64,000 nucleotides of DNA, from positions 46,996,001 to 47,060,000 of the forward strand of contig CM069141.1 of NCBI GenBank assembly GCA_035221665.1, in the 5' to 3' direction. The DNA comes from Okamejei kenojei. Lineage: Eukaryota. A program made the translations under genes and the position numbers. Under the pieces are notes generated by a model that was not told where the DNA came from, did not search any database, and saw only the letters and a program-made list of their open reading frames with translations. Of this stretch, positions 41,700 to 55,354 are shown one piece after another (position 1 is the stretch's first letter; each line of letters begins with the position of its first letter).

Positions 41700-43260
41700 T
41701 TGGTACGCCAATTTCGTGCAAAGTCGTTGTTCTATCCCAGAGGAATGGAAAATGTAACTTTTGTTGGAAACATCGCTCAAGGTCTGGGTCTTGATCGTTA
41801 CGCAATGGTTCAGCTCATAAATTGCGGCAGAGCTCTGATAATAGAGGGCGGTACGTGGAGGGTAGTCTGGTCAATGGAATATTTCTATTGTGCAAAAAAT
41901 GGATAGGGAAATAATTTTCGAACTTGCGATAAGAGTCTATAAACGATAAGTGTACTATACTTTCATAAACAATGCTGGAAACCCCTTTGGAGCGTGTATC
42001 ACAGGGAACCTGGTGATTCTTGATGCAAATGACACTCACCCACATTCCCGCAGAGTAGCATTGCATTAAGATATTCGAAGCGATGCATCGGTGTTACTTT
42101 CCGACTCACGACTAAAGTTCCGTGAGTTACTTTAAACTGAAATTACAGAAAAATACGACGAGGTTTATAATTGGCGAAACTGCTGTTAGAGGAAACCGCT
42201 GGACCGAGAAGCAACCAATCTTCAATCTCAAATCTTGCTGACGGCGTCTTGATGGTGGCATCCATCAGAGATCATGCACATACTCTGATTCTAATTACTG
42301 TATTGGACTTCAATGACCATGCGCTGCTATTCGATTTGAGATGATGATTGTTGTTACTTTGATATTTTGCAGATGGGTGCTTAAAGTGAGAAACGCACCG
42401 CAAGACCTCATGGTGGATGAATGTTTCCAAAAAGCCCCCATAAATAAAAAAAATTAGTTGACGAAAGGGTGTAACGGGCAGTTAACACATTCTTTCAGGT
42501 GACGTTTGCCCTTTCGGAGGCAGGTAAGTTGTTTTCTTTGACCCAGATAACCGGTGAGATTCTGCGTGAAAGGTCCGCTAGATGTTGTAGAGGCCAACGG
42601 CTACATCAATCTAGAAGTTCAGGATGTTGGATCACGGGGGGGTGGGGGGGATCGCCACCTTTGCGCTGGGGGACCCTCCTGAGTAACTTATAACGGGTGG
42701 CTACGCCCCAAGGTTGGTGGAGTCATCCACAACGTATAGCGATTGAGAATAACGTAACGGGTGCATCGACTTTCGCAGTATCGGCAATATTAATTCCTGT
42801 GCCATTCCCGAAAAATCCTATCTTGCGACTTCCTTGTGGACTTTTACATCCAAAACTTGCCTAGTACGCTTCTTTTTCTAACATTAAGCAAATAAACTAG
42901 GCACCATTATACGTCGCGCGCTCCCTTGACTTATGTGCACCTATGAAGTTCCGGATCCAGTGCAAGCCCGTGACGATGGAGGGCCTCGCCGAGCAGCAGC
43001 GCACGGTTGAATGAAAACATTCTGGATCAAAATGACAACGCGCGGTAATAGTTTTCATCCTCGGAGCAGGAGTAGATCCAGCAGCACTGGATGTCGTACC
43101 CTAGTCAGCGGGTTCAGGGGTACCTGATCACCCAAATAATCGCCTTGATGCAGATTCTGGTCGGAAATTTCGGGAGCTTTTTTATCAAAAGGTGAAATCT
43201 AACGATCCCAGTTTTTTAACGTTGGGGCAAATAAGTCGGTAAAATTCAAACTGGCGCCAT
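41700..43260 (+). pseudogene. Protocadherin gene 7: no clear start codon, lacks EC4, truncated in EC6 (no TM or tail)
   Basis: tctatcccagaggaatggaa..tttgttggaaacatcgctcaa (EC1), ctggaccgaga (EC2), ctggatcaaaatgacaacgcg (EC5/6 linker). Homology is lost after ~43260. Confidence 0.65.
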
Positions 43261-45254
43261 ACTCTGATCTTCTGGTTTTCCCTCGAAACGTAACTGATAT
43301 ATCATGGCAACTGTTGGGAATCTTGGCCTGCTCCCTCTCAGGGGGGGGGGCTTAGCCAAGCTATTTCTGTAAGATGAATGACTATCTCTGCACTCTAGCA
43401 TTCAAATCCAGCCAATTATACGTTTTGTTGATCATCTGTTCATACGGTTTCAGTAACGTTGCGATGAAGCCGACCATGTCCATTGCCTTCTTTTTTTGCT
43501 AACCCTGTCTATTTGTGTTCCCATGTTTAAAGGACCAATTTTGTTTACCCAATTCCCTGTCGTTTATGTCCATCAGCTTATCAATCTTCCTTGTTTTTAA
43601 TCATGCACACCAGAAAATTAATGAAATATTTGGTGTCCATTACATCTGCTGCGGCGAGTTTTTATCTTTATTTGGTCTTGGCCTTTGAGAGAGGATTATA
43701 TTTTCTCTCCTTTCCTTCCCCATCCTCACTCCTACTGTTAAAAAATAGTTATTTCCATTCTTGTGAGATCTGATTAAATGATCCCAGGATTGTAACCGGT
43801 AATCTGTATTTCTTCCTCAGAGATTTCTGAGTCGGTGAGTGGTGTGTCGGTGAGGTCGCTGTCGCATATGAATCTTCATCAGTGGCTCATTACTAGCTAA
43901 TGCGAAATAACGGTCGCAACATGTGTTTTTTGGTGGAAGGAATTATTCCAAAGCTCACCTCCAGTTTTTTCGTTGTTGATTGAATTGTTTGCAGGTTTTA
44001 TTACAAGTACTCGGTTGATTATTGATTTGATTACAATGTTGATTTTTGCTAGGTTTCCTGGTTTTCAGTCAATGGAAAGTTTTTGTGTGGTTATGGATAA
44101 AAAGTGAAACCCAGAGCTAACTAAAGAATGACGTAACAAATGATTCCCAATTAGTCTAGGTGTCTTCAGAAATTCTTCAGAAAGTGTTCAACCAATGGTG
44201 AACATGTCAAAGCATTCATTTTGTTTAAGATTCGTGCCACGACAGTAAGACTTTGTCCCATCATAACTTTGCTCGGTCATGCACGTTGTTGAACGTCCTA
44301 CTGTAATACTCCAGCAGCAGAAAGGAAATAAGAATTTAATAACATACCAAATTTCCTGCGGTGATACACGCTTAACGATAAACTATTTTCCACGCTTCCT
44401 ACAATATCTGTCGGGTCTGAGGGGTTATGAGCTTGTGAAAACTGATGCTTGGAGATTTAACATTTTACCATGACATCACATGACATTAGATTTACACAAA
44501 TAAGATGGTGTGGGTAACAGCAGGGGACTGTGTGTCATCGTATTGGATTGTTGGCGTCATATATGGGGGCTGTCTGTATAGGTGTAGAGAGGTTCTTCTG
44601 ATGGGGTTTAGGTCTCGGGTTATAAGACCATCTGCGGTGAATGGCGTACAGGGTGGGCTCGAATGGGAGATGTAAACTTCGGTGTGTATTGTGCCTGGGT
44701 GGTAGGCTCACGAGAGGGATCCCAGGGAGGGAGGGTCGGGGCATAGAAGGAAATATTGATAAAGACGGCTGGGATTCAGTGGAGTGGGAGTTGGTGGGAG
44801 GGGGTTTCGAGGTGAATACTTTTTTATGGTCTTTTGGTCGGGAATAGTAGTGTGGCTGGATATTGGGGCCATGGGGGGTGGGGCCATGTTCCTTGGGAGG
44901 AAGAGCTGGGAGGGGAGACGGGGATAGGGGAGATAGCGGGGGGGGGTGGGGATATAGGGAGCATGAGCGGGAGCAGGGAGGCATAGGATGGGGGGACGGA
45001 GGAGGATACACTGGGGCTGCGGGATAGGGGATGGGGATCGGGCGGATGGAGGGGAGGGCAGGCGGTGGGGTCGGATCGCGGGGCTGGGCCAGTCTTGGGG
45101 GGGGCTGGGGGATGAGGGGCGGGCGGCGAGGGGTGTCTCGCGTGGCGGGTTTGCTCTCTCGGTTTCCCTCTTTTCCTCTTCTTTCTCACTCTCTTCTTCT
45201 TGTGTGTCTCATCGTTTCCACAATTCTTCTCATTTTCTCATATTCACAGTCTTT

Positions 45255-45495
45255 TTTTAATGGAGAGGCCATTTACTCGAATGAGGGGCAGTGGAGGCCA
45301 AATCACTGGATGGAATTTAAGAGGAGTTAGATAGAGCCCTCTAGGGGCTAGTGGAATCAAGGGTATGGGGAGAAGGCAAGCAGGGTTATTGATTGCGGAC
45401 GATCAGCCATGATCGCAATGAAACGGCTTTGCTGGCTCGAAGGGCCGAATGGCTATCATCCTCGCACCTATTTTCTAAGTTTCTATGTTTCTATG
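45255..45495 (+). mobile_element. CR1 3' end
   Basis: gagttagatagagc..atcaagggtatggggagaaggca..gaagggccgaatggc..(ttctatgt)n tail. Confidence 0.7.
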
Positions 45496-46239
45496 CATCT
45501 TGGGAGATGGAATGGGTGACGTTTCGGTTCGGTGATGGAGATAGGGTCTCGAGCCGAATCGACAAATATTCCTTTCTCCAGAGATGCTGCCCCTCCCGCA
45601 GAGTTTCTCAAATTTTTGTGTCTAATCCGATTAAACCAGCATCTGCAGTTCATTCTTTACACCTCACTATATCTATGCAGGCATGTGTCAATAAATCCGC
45701 TTGACTTGACGTGCGATGCCTGTCACCAACAATGATTCCCTTTTTTAAAGAGGGATCTGGTTCAACAATGGCCAATCGGGTGCATTGTGTTCACGAACAC
45801 CTCTCACTATCTAGAAAAGTGACAATAAATTTCATGTTATGTTCTTTGATCGCTAAAAGGTCACTTTGTTTTAAATTTATTTCGTTGGAATGGGATAATT
45901 CTTTTGAAAGGGGAAATTATGCAGTCGTTATATGAACATATTTTCTTACCTACCCTGATATGCGATGATAGAGTTCCAACAACTGTAAACAAAGACTATA
46001 TTTCAGAAAATGTAACATTTCAGCCATACTGATTGCATCTATTTAGTCGCTATTGCTTCTAACAGGACGGGACAGATGTGTTAGTAATAACCCTCTCCGG
46101 ACGTGCCTGATGTGCACATTCGAAGTTCTATAAACGTTATAACAAATCTCTTCTCAAAACGTTTTTTTATTAGAGGGCGTTTTATGGTTGCACACTATTA
46201 AATTGCTGGGGGAGTCAGACAGCTTTAAGAATTGTAGTT

Positions 46240-46282
46240 TGCAGTTGTTGAAAAAGAAATGGTCGTGGCGCTGTCTACCAAT
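46240..46282 (+). promoter_or_regulatory. Pcdh CSE of gene 8
   Basis: tgcagttgttgaaaaagaaatggtcgtggcgctgtctaccaat. Confidence 0.75.
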
Positions 46283-46528
46283 GAGAAGCTCAAGTAACAG
46301 ATGGATCCATAGCCCATCCACATCTACAGATAAAACGCCATACCCGACGGACAGAGGCGAGCAGTTGCCTGCGTTTCGATTGCGGAACAATCGGAGGAGG
46401 ATAGATTTCCTCCGTCTGTTTTGGTATTTGGGACTGGAAATATATAAAATAATATATCTTGCGGGAGGACCATGTGCACGGATTACCCGAGGAGAGGCCT
46501 GGTCTTGGCTTTGACAGGGCGCGGAACA

Positions 46529-48987
46529 ATTGGCGTTTTTTAACATCCTAACGATGCTTGTCTTCACTGTGTTTGCTCGCATGTTTTGTGAGATGTCAAC
46601 CGGGGTCATATCTCCGGGCAAATTCGCTATTCATTCCCGAGAAATGGAGGAAGGGGCATTTGTTGGGAAATATCGTGTGGATTTGAGCCTGAATGTTACG
46701 GCAATTTGGTCAGCTCGCAAATTCCGACCTGAGCTCCCGATGACGGAGGGCGGTACATGGAAGGTTAGTTTGGACAAGGGAATCATTTGCTATTCGTGAA
46801 AGGAATCGACCGGGAACGTATTTTGTGGACAGAACGATAAATGTCTATATCTTTCGAAACAATAGGGAATACCTTTGGAGATGCATGATGGGGAATTGGA
46901 GATTCCTCGATGTTTTGACAATCCCCCCCACTTTCACGCAGAGGAGCATTGCTTTGAGATGTCAGAAGCCAGTGCATTGTGTTGCACGTTTCCGCCTCGG
47001 GCGCGGATGATCCAGACATTGGTACATTACCGTGGCCGCCTACACGATCGGTTCGAGTGTTCACTTTAGCCTATAAATCACAGAAACCGAGAGCGCATTA
47101 TAATTGTCGAATGCTCTTGGAGATATCTTTGAACCGAGAACTACAATCGTCATTTAACTCTTGTTACTGCGCTGGACGGCGGAAACCCCACCAGAGATCA
47201 GCGACAGCTCAGATTCTCATTACTGTACCTGGAACTTCATACGATATCCACCTGTGTTCGTCCATGATATTTTCAGAGGCTGGCAGCGTAAGTGAGAACG
47301 CGCCGCGGGGGTACGTTGGTGCTGAAAGTCAAAAGCAATGATTTGGACGAAGGACTGAATGCGGACTGACATATCGTTTTAGCTGATGTTGCTTTGCGAA
47401 GAGCGGCAAAAATGTATTCAGTTTGGAACCAGGCCACCGGGGAGATTCGGAGTTCAAACAGGCCACATAGATTTTGAAGAGTAAACAGCTATCTTTTTTA
47501 TTTTTTTTTTTTTTTTCTTTTTATCGATATTCAAGACCAGGAACTACGTTTCCCTGCAATGACAGGGACACTCTAATTTGATTGTAGTCATTGGGACGTG
47601 AACGACAATGGCACCTGAGATAAGGTTACATCAGCTTCAAACAAAAATCCGGAAAATGCGCTTCCAGGAAGTTTCATATCCCGATTAATGTGATCGATCG
47701 TGATTTGGAGCGAACGGTTCACAGTGCGTTGCTGAGTTACAATCGAACGTCACATTTCGACTGCAAAGGACATCGACCCACTATTAAATTAACTACGAGT
47801 GAAACGTTGGACCGTGAAGCAATCTCTGAGTTTGATCATTCTTATTTTCAGCTGGGCCTTGGGGTCGCCGTCACTTTTCAAAATAATAAAACCATCCAGA
47901 TTGCATATTGCCGACGTTATGATATCGCACCGCAGTTTTTTGAGGCATCCTACATCGTTATGTGATGGAGAATAACGCGAGTGGGTGCGTCCGTTTCCAC
48001 TGTAACTGCAATGGATCCTGATCTGACCTAAATGTCCTATGTTTCCTACTCTTTCTCGTTATTCATAATCCTAAAACTTGCCCGGACCAGTTACCTCACT
48101 ATTAACTCAATGAACGGTAATATTTACGCGCTGGTTCCTTTGACCATGAGGACTAAGAACTTCCAGATCCATGTTTCAGCGTGACGGGGGGTACTCCGTT
48201 TAAGCGGCAGGCGCCACGGTGAATGTGATCAATCCTGGATCAAAATGACAAACGCGCGGTAATTGTTTCACCTTCAGAACAAAGAGGCCAGCAATAGTCG
48301 AGGTCGTGCCCCTGGACAGGGAGTCAAGGGTACTTGGCACCAGATAATGGCAAATGATGCATATTTGGTCAGAACGCACGGCTCTTTTATCAGATGGTGC
48401 AATATTACCGACCATACGTGTACAACGTTGGACAACATTCAGTCAAATCAGAACAGCGCGCAATATTATGCAATCAGATACTGCTGATGGAAACTTAGTC
48501 ATCTTGGTTAGGGACAATGGGCAGCCAAGCCTGTCCAGCCACAGTTACTAATCAACATATAGAGTGTTGTGGAATTGCACTGAGGAATCGGCGCAAAGCA
48601 GTACATTTTTGCGTGAAGATCCAGAATATTTCTCTGATCCAACGTTTATTTAATCATCATTTTCAGAGAAGATTGCACTTCCGTGATCTTTCTTCTGATC
48701 ATCGTTCTATTGATTGGCATGACTCAAGTGGTTAAAAAGGACAGAGTTATTATCCAAGATTATAACTCTCCTAATTTTGCTTCTACAATCATGCGGGTTC
48801 TCACGGCACGTTTAATGGAAGATCTGCCATGGAGGAAAACTTTACTCTGCTATCCCTGGGACGGGCCGGGTACTCCGCTTGCAAGAGCCGAATCCAAGCT
48901 CGGTCTGTCTCTCTCCCAGGAGTCAGCGAAAAGCGATTTTCTCTTCTTGAAGCTTGCGGCGCACCACCTCACAAGCCCCAATGCTAA
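46529..48987 (+). CDS. Clustered protocadherin gene 8 (third subtype, full length but indel-rich)
   Basis: ggaacaat(t)ggcg start context; EC motifs throughout; ..[25 protein letters not shown]; ends caatgcTAA. Confidence 0.6.
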
Positions 48988-50329
48988 ATTACACTAATGC
49001 TTAGATTAAGGAATGCAATTTTGTGTTGCGGCCTTTGTATTTCTGCCCGGAAATATGAATCAGTGCGAGTGAAATATTTAAAATAACATTCTCTTGTTGC
49101 ATTATTTCTCTATCGCTTAAATGGGAGTATAATTGTCAAAAATATAATTTTTTTCCTGCAACTTGAATGAAAACATTTAAAAATTGCATATTTTATTTCT
49201 AAAGCCGTCCTTCTGTGTCGAGATAATGTGCAGGAACGTGTTACCATTCTTAGTTTACGCAAAGTGTCATGATCCAGTGCTATTAATAAGGTAAATTTAC
49301 GTTGAATTATTTGCTGATTGCGCACCGACATGTTGTATTAGAATTATTGATTGTTCGTAGTACAAATAATCGCACATTATAACAATAATCAGCAGGTGAA
49401 GGAAATAAATGAAGCTCGTATGTCTCTGTTTGAAAAATAATTTCACTAAATGATATGAGCTTAATTATTTCCTTCACTGGCTGGATTATTGTTATATGTA
49501 TTATTGGCACGATGCTGAACAATGTCAGATGCTGAAATTGTGAGCGCAGCTGCCTGAAGGAACCTGATGAGTCGGGCAGCAACTGTGGAGAAAATCTGCG
49601 GAGCTGAGTTTGGTGACGAGCCTTAGTGAACGACAGGGGGAACAACCTTGTGGTAGGAACAGAAGAGGGGAGGCTCAGTACAAACAATATCAAGTGGTAG
49701 TGTTGATTGCATCAGTTGAGGAGGGAAATTGTTGGCTCGTTGAGATTCATGTAGAGGATAGCATAGGTTGAGGAATGGCAGGATCTCCATTCTTAGATGA
49801 ATCGGAATGTCCTGATGTCATCCTGATGCGGACCTTGGGCATGCAACGCGACGTATCCCTGGTGGTAAAATGATACAGCTTGGCAAGCAATTTGCTAAGT
49901 TGTTAAAGTGATGGAGAGGTCATGTTTGTGAGATTGGGAGCACTAAACATGTTGGGCTGTATATGTAGGGAAAAGTAGCATTCTATTTTGAGAAACGGTC
50001 AGTTTGGCACATTGATGAAAAAGTGAAACCACTTTAGTTTGGAGTGTAGCGGAACGGGTGAGTATGAAATGGAATAAATGTATTATGTCTGAAAGGGAGG
50101 AGTAAAAAGAGCGAAAGTAGTAGCGGGCGTAACTGAGGTTGTCAATTGTGCTTTTTGATCTCTGTGTAGGGTACTTCTACAATGCCCAGCATCATGATGG
50201 AGATGTTTTCTTGGCATCTTCTCACTACCACCCTCTTGCATGGGACAAGAACAGGGGTTTCCTAATGTGTTATTTTCCACTCACAGGCTTTCATATTCAA
50301 TGCAACTTGCATAAATTGAAACAAAATTC

Positions 50330-50850
50330 CGTCACTGAGTACATATTCCCTTCCCTGCCGTTTAGCAGTTCCTCGTATTTCATTCAAGATCTCAAGAAGT
50401 CGGTGCGTGTGATCGGCGCATCTCGACCCTAATGGCCACGCACCGTACTTTGGCAGTTATCCCATGAAACCACCAAAACGAGTGTATCGAGGTGCGTAGC
50501 CTCTTTGCCAATTCCTTCCACTCCAGTACGGAACCAAAAATCTTCCCGGAGAAGCAGCGATGCTGCTTGCCGCCTTCTGTCAATATAATTCGTTATTTGG
50601 GTCTTCCGAATGTGGTAACACGGTATTGGGAAGACACTGCAAGAGGATTGCGTCATTGGTTTGTAGAGCACGTGCGTACAGTCTGCAGGCATTAAACTGA
50701 TTTTATATTCGTTTGCTTAACTGTTTCATTCACATTTCCAACACTAGCTAACCACTTTGTCTCTGATTTCCAGCAATGTTGGAACACATTATTAAGCAAA
50801 GGCGCAGACGTGGACAAAACAGCACCTCGTCTTCCAATTGAACAAAGTGG
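50330..50850 (+). mobile_element. Degenerate Penelope-like GIY-YIG region
   Basis: tattgggaagacactgcaagaggattgcgtcattggtttgtagagcacgtgcgtacagtctg resembles YIGET.RRLGDRF.EHLR.V seen at 54185 and 54918. Confidence 0.55.
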
Positions 50851-53800
50851 CAATCTTCGAGAACTCGCCATTCTGGTCCGTTATCATTTCGGTTTAGTAT
50901 TTTATTCTTGTTTGCAGAGGGTTAGACCCCCCCCCCCGATAGCAACAACCCACTCGCACATCACATCTCAGCCGACCATCATGTTTACTGTACAAATCCA
51001 CTCTATCGCGTAAATTCCTTATCCATCAATTCCCTACATATGCACCATTTCCATGCAGTGCCATTTAAATATTTACCTCTTCCGGTCTCACCACTACCTA
51101 CTGCAATCTCATTCCGCTTGCTATATTCCCTGAGTTTTTCTGAAATGATTTAGCCTGCTGGTACACTCTAAACGCACTCCATCTGATCTTAAAACGTATC
51201 TTCTAGTTTTGGACCGCCCTACCATTGGAAATGGCTATTTGGCCTAACCCAATTATTTATAATTTGTGCTTACCAGACGTGCATAGCGATAATTCAAATC
51301 CAGCCATTGGCCCATACACCACAGAAACAATGTATCATAATTTGTCCTTCAACAGCCCCTCCAAACCAATGTATTATATTTTATTTGGTCTTACCCTCAG
51401 AGAGATTCCTACTTTTTTTCCTTTACTTCCCATCCTCACTCTTACTGAAAAAATAAGGTAATTGCATTATTTTATAGTTCCGATAAAGGAGCGAAGGCCA
51501 GAATCGTTAATTGTATTTCTTTCGTAGGGTGATATTTGAATCGGTGAGTGTTTTCAGCATTTTCAGTATTGTTGCACACGAAACGCCGTTGACGCTTATC
51601 AGTTTGAGGCACTTGCTTATATAAATAGCGCCGATAGGAGCTTGCTTCTTGTTTGGTGGAAAGAACGATTCGTAATCTCACTGTGGATTTTACTTGTTGA
51701 TTTGGAATGTTTGTGTAGGTTAAAAAAACATGATTCGGTTGATATTATTCTTATTTTAATTAGATTTTCGCTAGTTTCGCGTGGTTCGGTCATTGTAAAA
51801 ACGTTTTTGTTTTGATGGAATATAAAACCCAGGGCTAAATTGATAATGGGGACGTCCAATAGAACCCAATTAACCATTTGGGGCATCAAAAATATTCAGA
51901 TATTTTCAACCAATGATGAACATGACCAAATGCCAATTATTTGTGATTAATATCCTGTCTTCTACAACTTAAAGAACGTGTCCAATTTTACACTTTGCCG
52001 GGATCATGTACGACGTTGAGCATCACAGTTTACTGTATAGCAGAAGATGAAACTCGAATTGTCTTGAATAAAGACAAGTTACTTTGGCTTTGGGATTGTT
52101 CATACTTTCTCGATGATAAATGGCATTTCATACGATAAATGTGGCACCAATAAAGTTTGTGTTATCTAGGGCGCATTACATACGAGGAAAAATAAATGAT
52201 GATTAATAGGTAATTGTACCTTCAGTTGGAAATTGCTATAACGAAACAATAAGCGGGTTCGGTATTTCATAACTGCGGCACGCCCAGGTCATGGGTCTAT
52301 CTGGATAAACATTTTCGCCAAGCTGAGTCGACTGTGTGTGTAACGGACACAGCGTATTCATTTCAATGGGATTTATAAGTAAATGTATCAGTCACATAGG
52401 CCACTGCGCTCGTACACTGCAGGCTGTGAGCACAAATCCACAATTATATCTATTTGAATTACTGACCCAATACAGCACCAGCCTTGAAAACACAAGAATG
52501 CTGGAACGAGAACCGTCAATTAACAAATCCCTGGCATTAGGCTGAGTCACAGCCATTCAAATTCGATATTGATTTACATAAATTACAAGTTGTGGTCAAC
52601 CAATTGCATCCCTATCAGCCAAACAACCTTCCTGGATTGAAGGGAAATGAGGAGAAAGTGCTGTGTGGGGGGTCGGTTGGAAAGTTCAGATTGGATTCGA
52701 ACAGGCTGGTTAAAACTTGTTGTGAGGTGGGTTGACTTAAATAAAGATGCTGTCGCTTTAACCTCTGGGGTTGGTTCCTTGCTCTGTCAGGGTACACAGG
52801 TTAGGAGCTGAAGCCGGGTGACTGGGCGGTAGGAAGATTACAAGAACGTGTTCTCCAGCCATTTTGAACCACTGCCCAAATTAGAGGCTTCACTCAGTAG
52901 TGGGTCGCAGCTCACCAGCTAATGGGATCTGTTCTTGCTGCTCTTCAAAGGAGGCGCCACCCTTCTCCAGAGAGTGGGCAAATGCGGAGCCAACAGTAAC
53001 ATGAGTGGGAGCATTTTCTCAGTCAGGACTTTATGTCGACAGTTGGGGTGGGGGATCTGGGAAAGAGAGATAGAGAGAGAGCTGGCGATGTCAGTTTCAT
53101 AACGACCCATTTTAAAATCCGCCTTCGGCACTTGGCATATGGGCTGATCTGATCTGCCGATCCTAATGCAGAAACCTCCACAAAAACTCTCCCCATCAAG
53201 TGTCGAGTTCACAGTTCGCGTTGATTGTCACTTAACCAAATAAGGATCAGTAAAATTTGAGTTACCATGCAACCAATCTAAGTGAAAAGAACACAAATAC
53301 ACACATAAAATAAATTTAAAAATAAACATCCACCACAGTGGAATAAACATTCCTGTTATATGACGGAAGGCAATACAGTTCAGTCATCTTCCTCTGCACT
53401 TGCTGGTTGCCGATGGTCGATGTCGAAGCCCTTCATCGGGATGATTGAAACGCCGGTGTCGGGACGGATTGGAACAATCGAGCATCAGAGTCAGCCACTT
53501 CTTACTGGAGACCAGGGGCCGGATTTAGATGATGAGAGACCCGAAAGCTGTTCCACATGTGAGGCCCCCTCCGACCCCCCACGATAGAGGAGATGGAGAT
53601 GGTCCACCAGATTGACACTGATTTGCAGCCGAGCGTGGGCCAATGAGGTAAGGGGCTGGAAAGCTGCACTCTTTATTTATTTATTTATTGCTAGTGTCGT
53701 GTTATTGGCTTAAAACACTCTTATTCTCGAAATGGAGGGCAAGGAAAATTTACTGAAGGGTTGTTTTAGAGTCCACTTAGTGCTTTGTGACAGTGCTCAT

Positions 53801-54180
53801 ATGTAAAGAAAAGTCTATGAAAATCTGTCAAAAATATTATACACCTTGCAGGCTCTCACTTAATTTTTGAGTTGCCAAATGACAGTTTAGGTGGTCATTT
53901 AAAATGGCCTTGCATGAAGTGTGTGATAATGTGCTCGGACTGAATGCGAAGCTACCAGTCCGAACTCTATGCTCAATGAAGCATTCCCAGCTTATTTCTC
54001 TGCTTCAAATAAAGTCACAAACTACAAACATATTCACAATTAAGACTGATATATACAATGACATGCATCCAACTTATAATACAGTATCTCAACTCTTTTT
54101 ACAGTTGCAATGAATGCAATTTCTATTATTTTTTTCCATTTCCAAACAAATATGTGGTTGGCTTTTCAGCATATGATCAA

Positions 54181-54630
54181 ACCTCGGTGAGACCAAGCGC
54201 AGGGCTTGGTGATCGCTTCGCACAACACCTCCACTCAGTTTCGCATTCGCCAACCTGACCTCCCTGTGGCTCAACACTTCAACTCCCCCTCCTCTAATTC
54301 CGAATCTGACCTTTATGTCCTGAGCCTCCTCCATGCGCCCAGAGTGAGGCCACTGCATATTGGGAGGTGCAGCACCTCATATTTGCTTGGGTAGTTTTCA
54401 ACCCAGCGTTATGAACATTGGCTTTTCTAATTTTCAGGTTGTCCTTGCTTCCTCCCTCCTTCTCCTCCCATTCCCAGCTCTCCCACAGCCAACTGTCTCC
54501 AACGCGTCTCTTTTTTTTCGTGCATCCCCCACGACATCAATCTGAGAAGGGTCTCGACCCGAAAACATGTATTAATTTGCTCCATAGATGCTGCATTAGC
54601 CGCTGATTTTCTCCAACTTTTTGTTTACCA
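54181..54630 (+). mobile_element. Penelope-like element 3' fragment (GIY-YIG endonuclease end plus terminal repeat)
   Basis: GETKR..LGDRFAQHLHSV..QPDLPVAQHFNSPS, followed by ctgagaagggtctcgacccgaaa. Confidence 0.75.
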
Positions 54631-55350
54631 ATGGGATCTCACAAACTAGCCACATCTTCCATCTCCTCCCTGTTGGCTTTCCACAGAGACCGCTCCCTCC
54701 GTAACTCCCTGATCAATTCGTCCCTTCCCACCCAAACCATCCCTCTCCTGGCACTTTCCCTTGCAAACGCCGGAAATGCTACACTTGTCGCTTTACCTCC
54801 CCCCTTGAACTCAATTCAAAGGACCCATTCAGTCTTTCCAGGCTGCGGCAGGGTTCACCTGCACCTCCTGCAACCGCATCTATTGCATCCACTGCTCGAG
54901 ATGTCAGTAGCTCTCGATTGGTGAGACGAAGCATAGACTTGGTGATTGCTTCGCCCAACACCTCTGCTTGGTCCGCAATAACCAACCTGATCTCCCGGTG
55001 GCTCACCACTTCTACTCCCTCCACATTCCAAATTCGACCTTTCTGTCCTGGGCCTCTTCCATGGCAGAGTGAGGCCCTCCATAAACATTGGAGGAGCAAC
55101 ACGTCATATATTGCTTGGGCAGTTTACACCCCAGCAGTAAGAACATGACATTCAATTTCAGGCATCCCTGCTTTTCTCCTTCCCTTCCCAGCTCTCCCTC
55201 AGCCCACTGTCTCTGCCTCTTCCTTTCTTCTTCCGTCCCCCCACCCTCACATCAGTCTGAAGAAGGGTCACGACCTGAAACGTCGCCTATTTCCTTTGCT
55301 CCATAGATGCTGCCTCACCCGTTGAGTTTCTCAATATTTTTTGCTACCAT
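54631..55350 (+). mobile_element. Second tandem Penelope-like fragment with minimal hammerhead ribozyme motif
   Basis: LAFHRDRSLRNSL, PCKRRKCYTC, IGETKHRLGDCFAQHL; CTGAAGA-aggg/ggtc-ac-gacct-GAAA at 55257-55280. Confidence 0.75.
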
Positions 55351-55354
55351 TCAA

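Noticed and set aside
44480-45200. G-rich low-complexity block with Pro/Gly-rich ORFs
   Set aside because: No recognisable motif or periodicity; may be a degraded repeat or poor-quality consensus.
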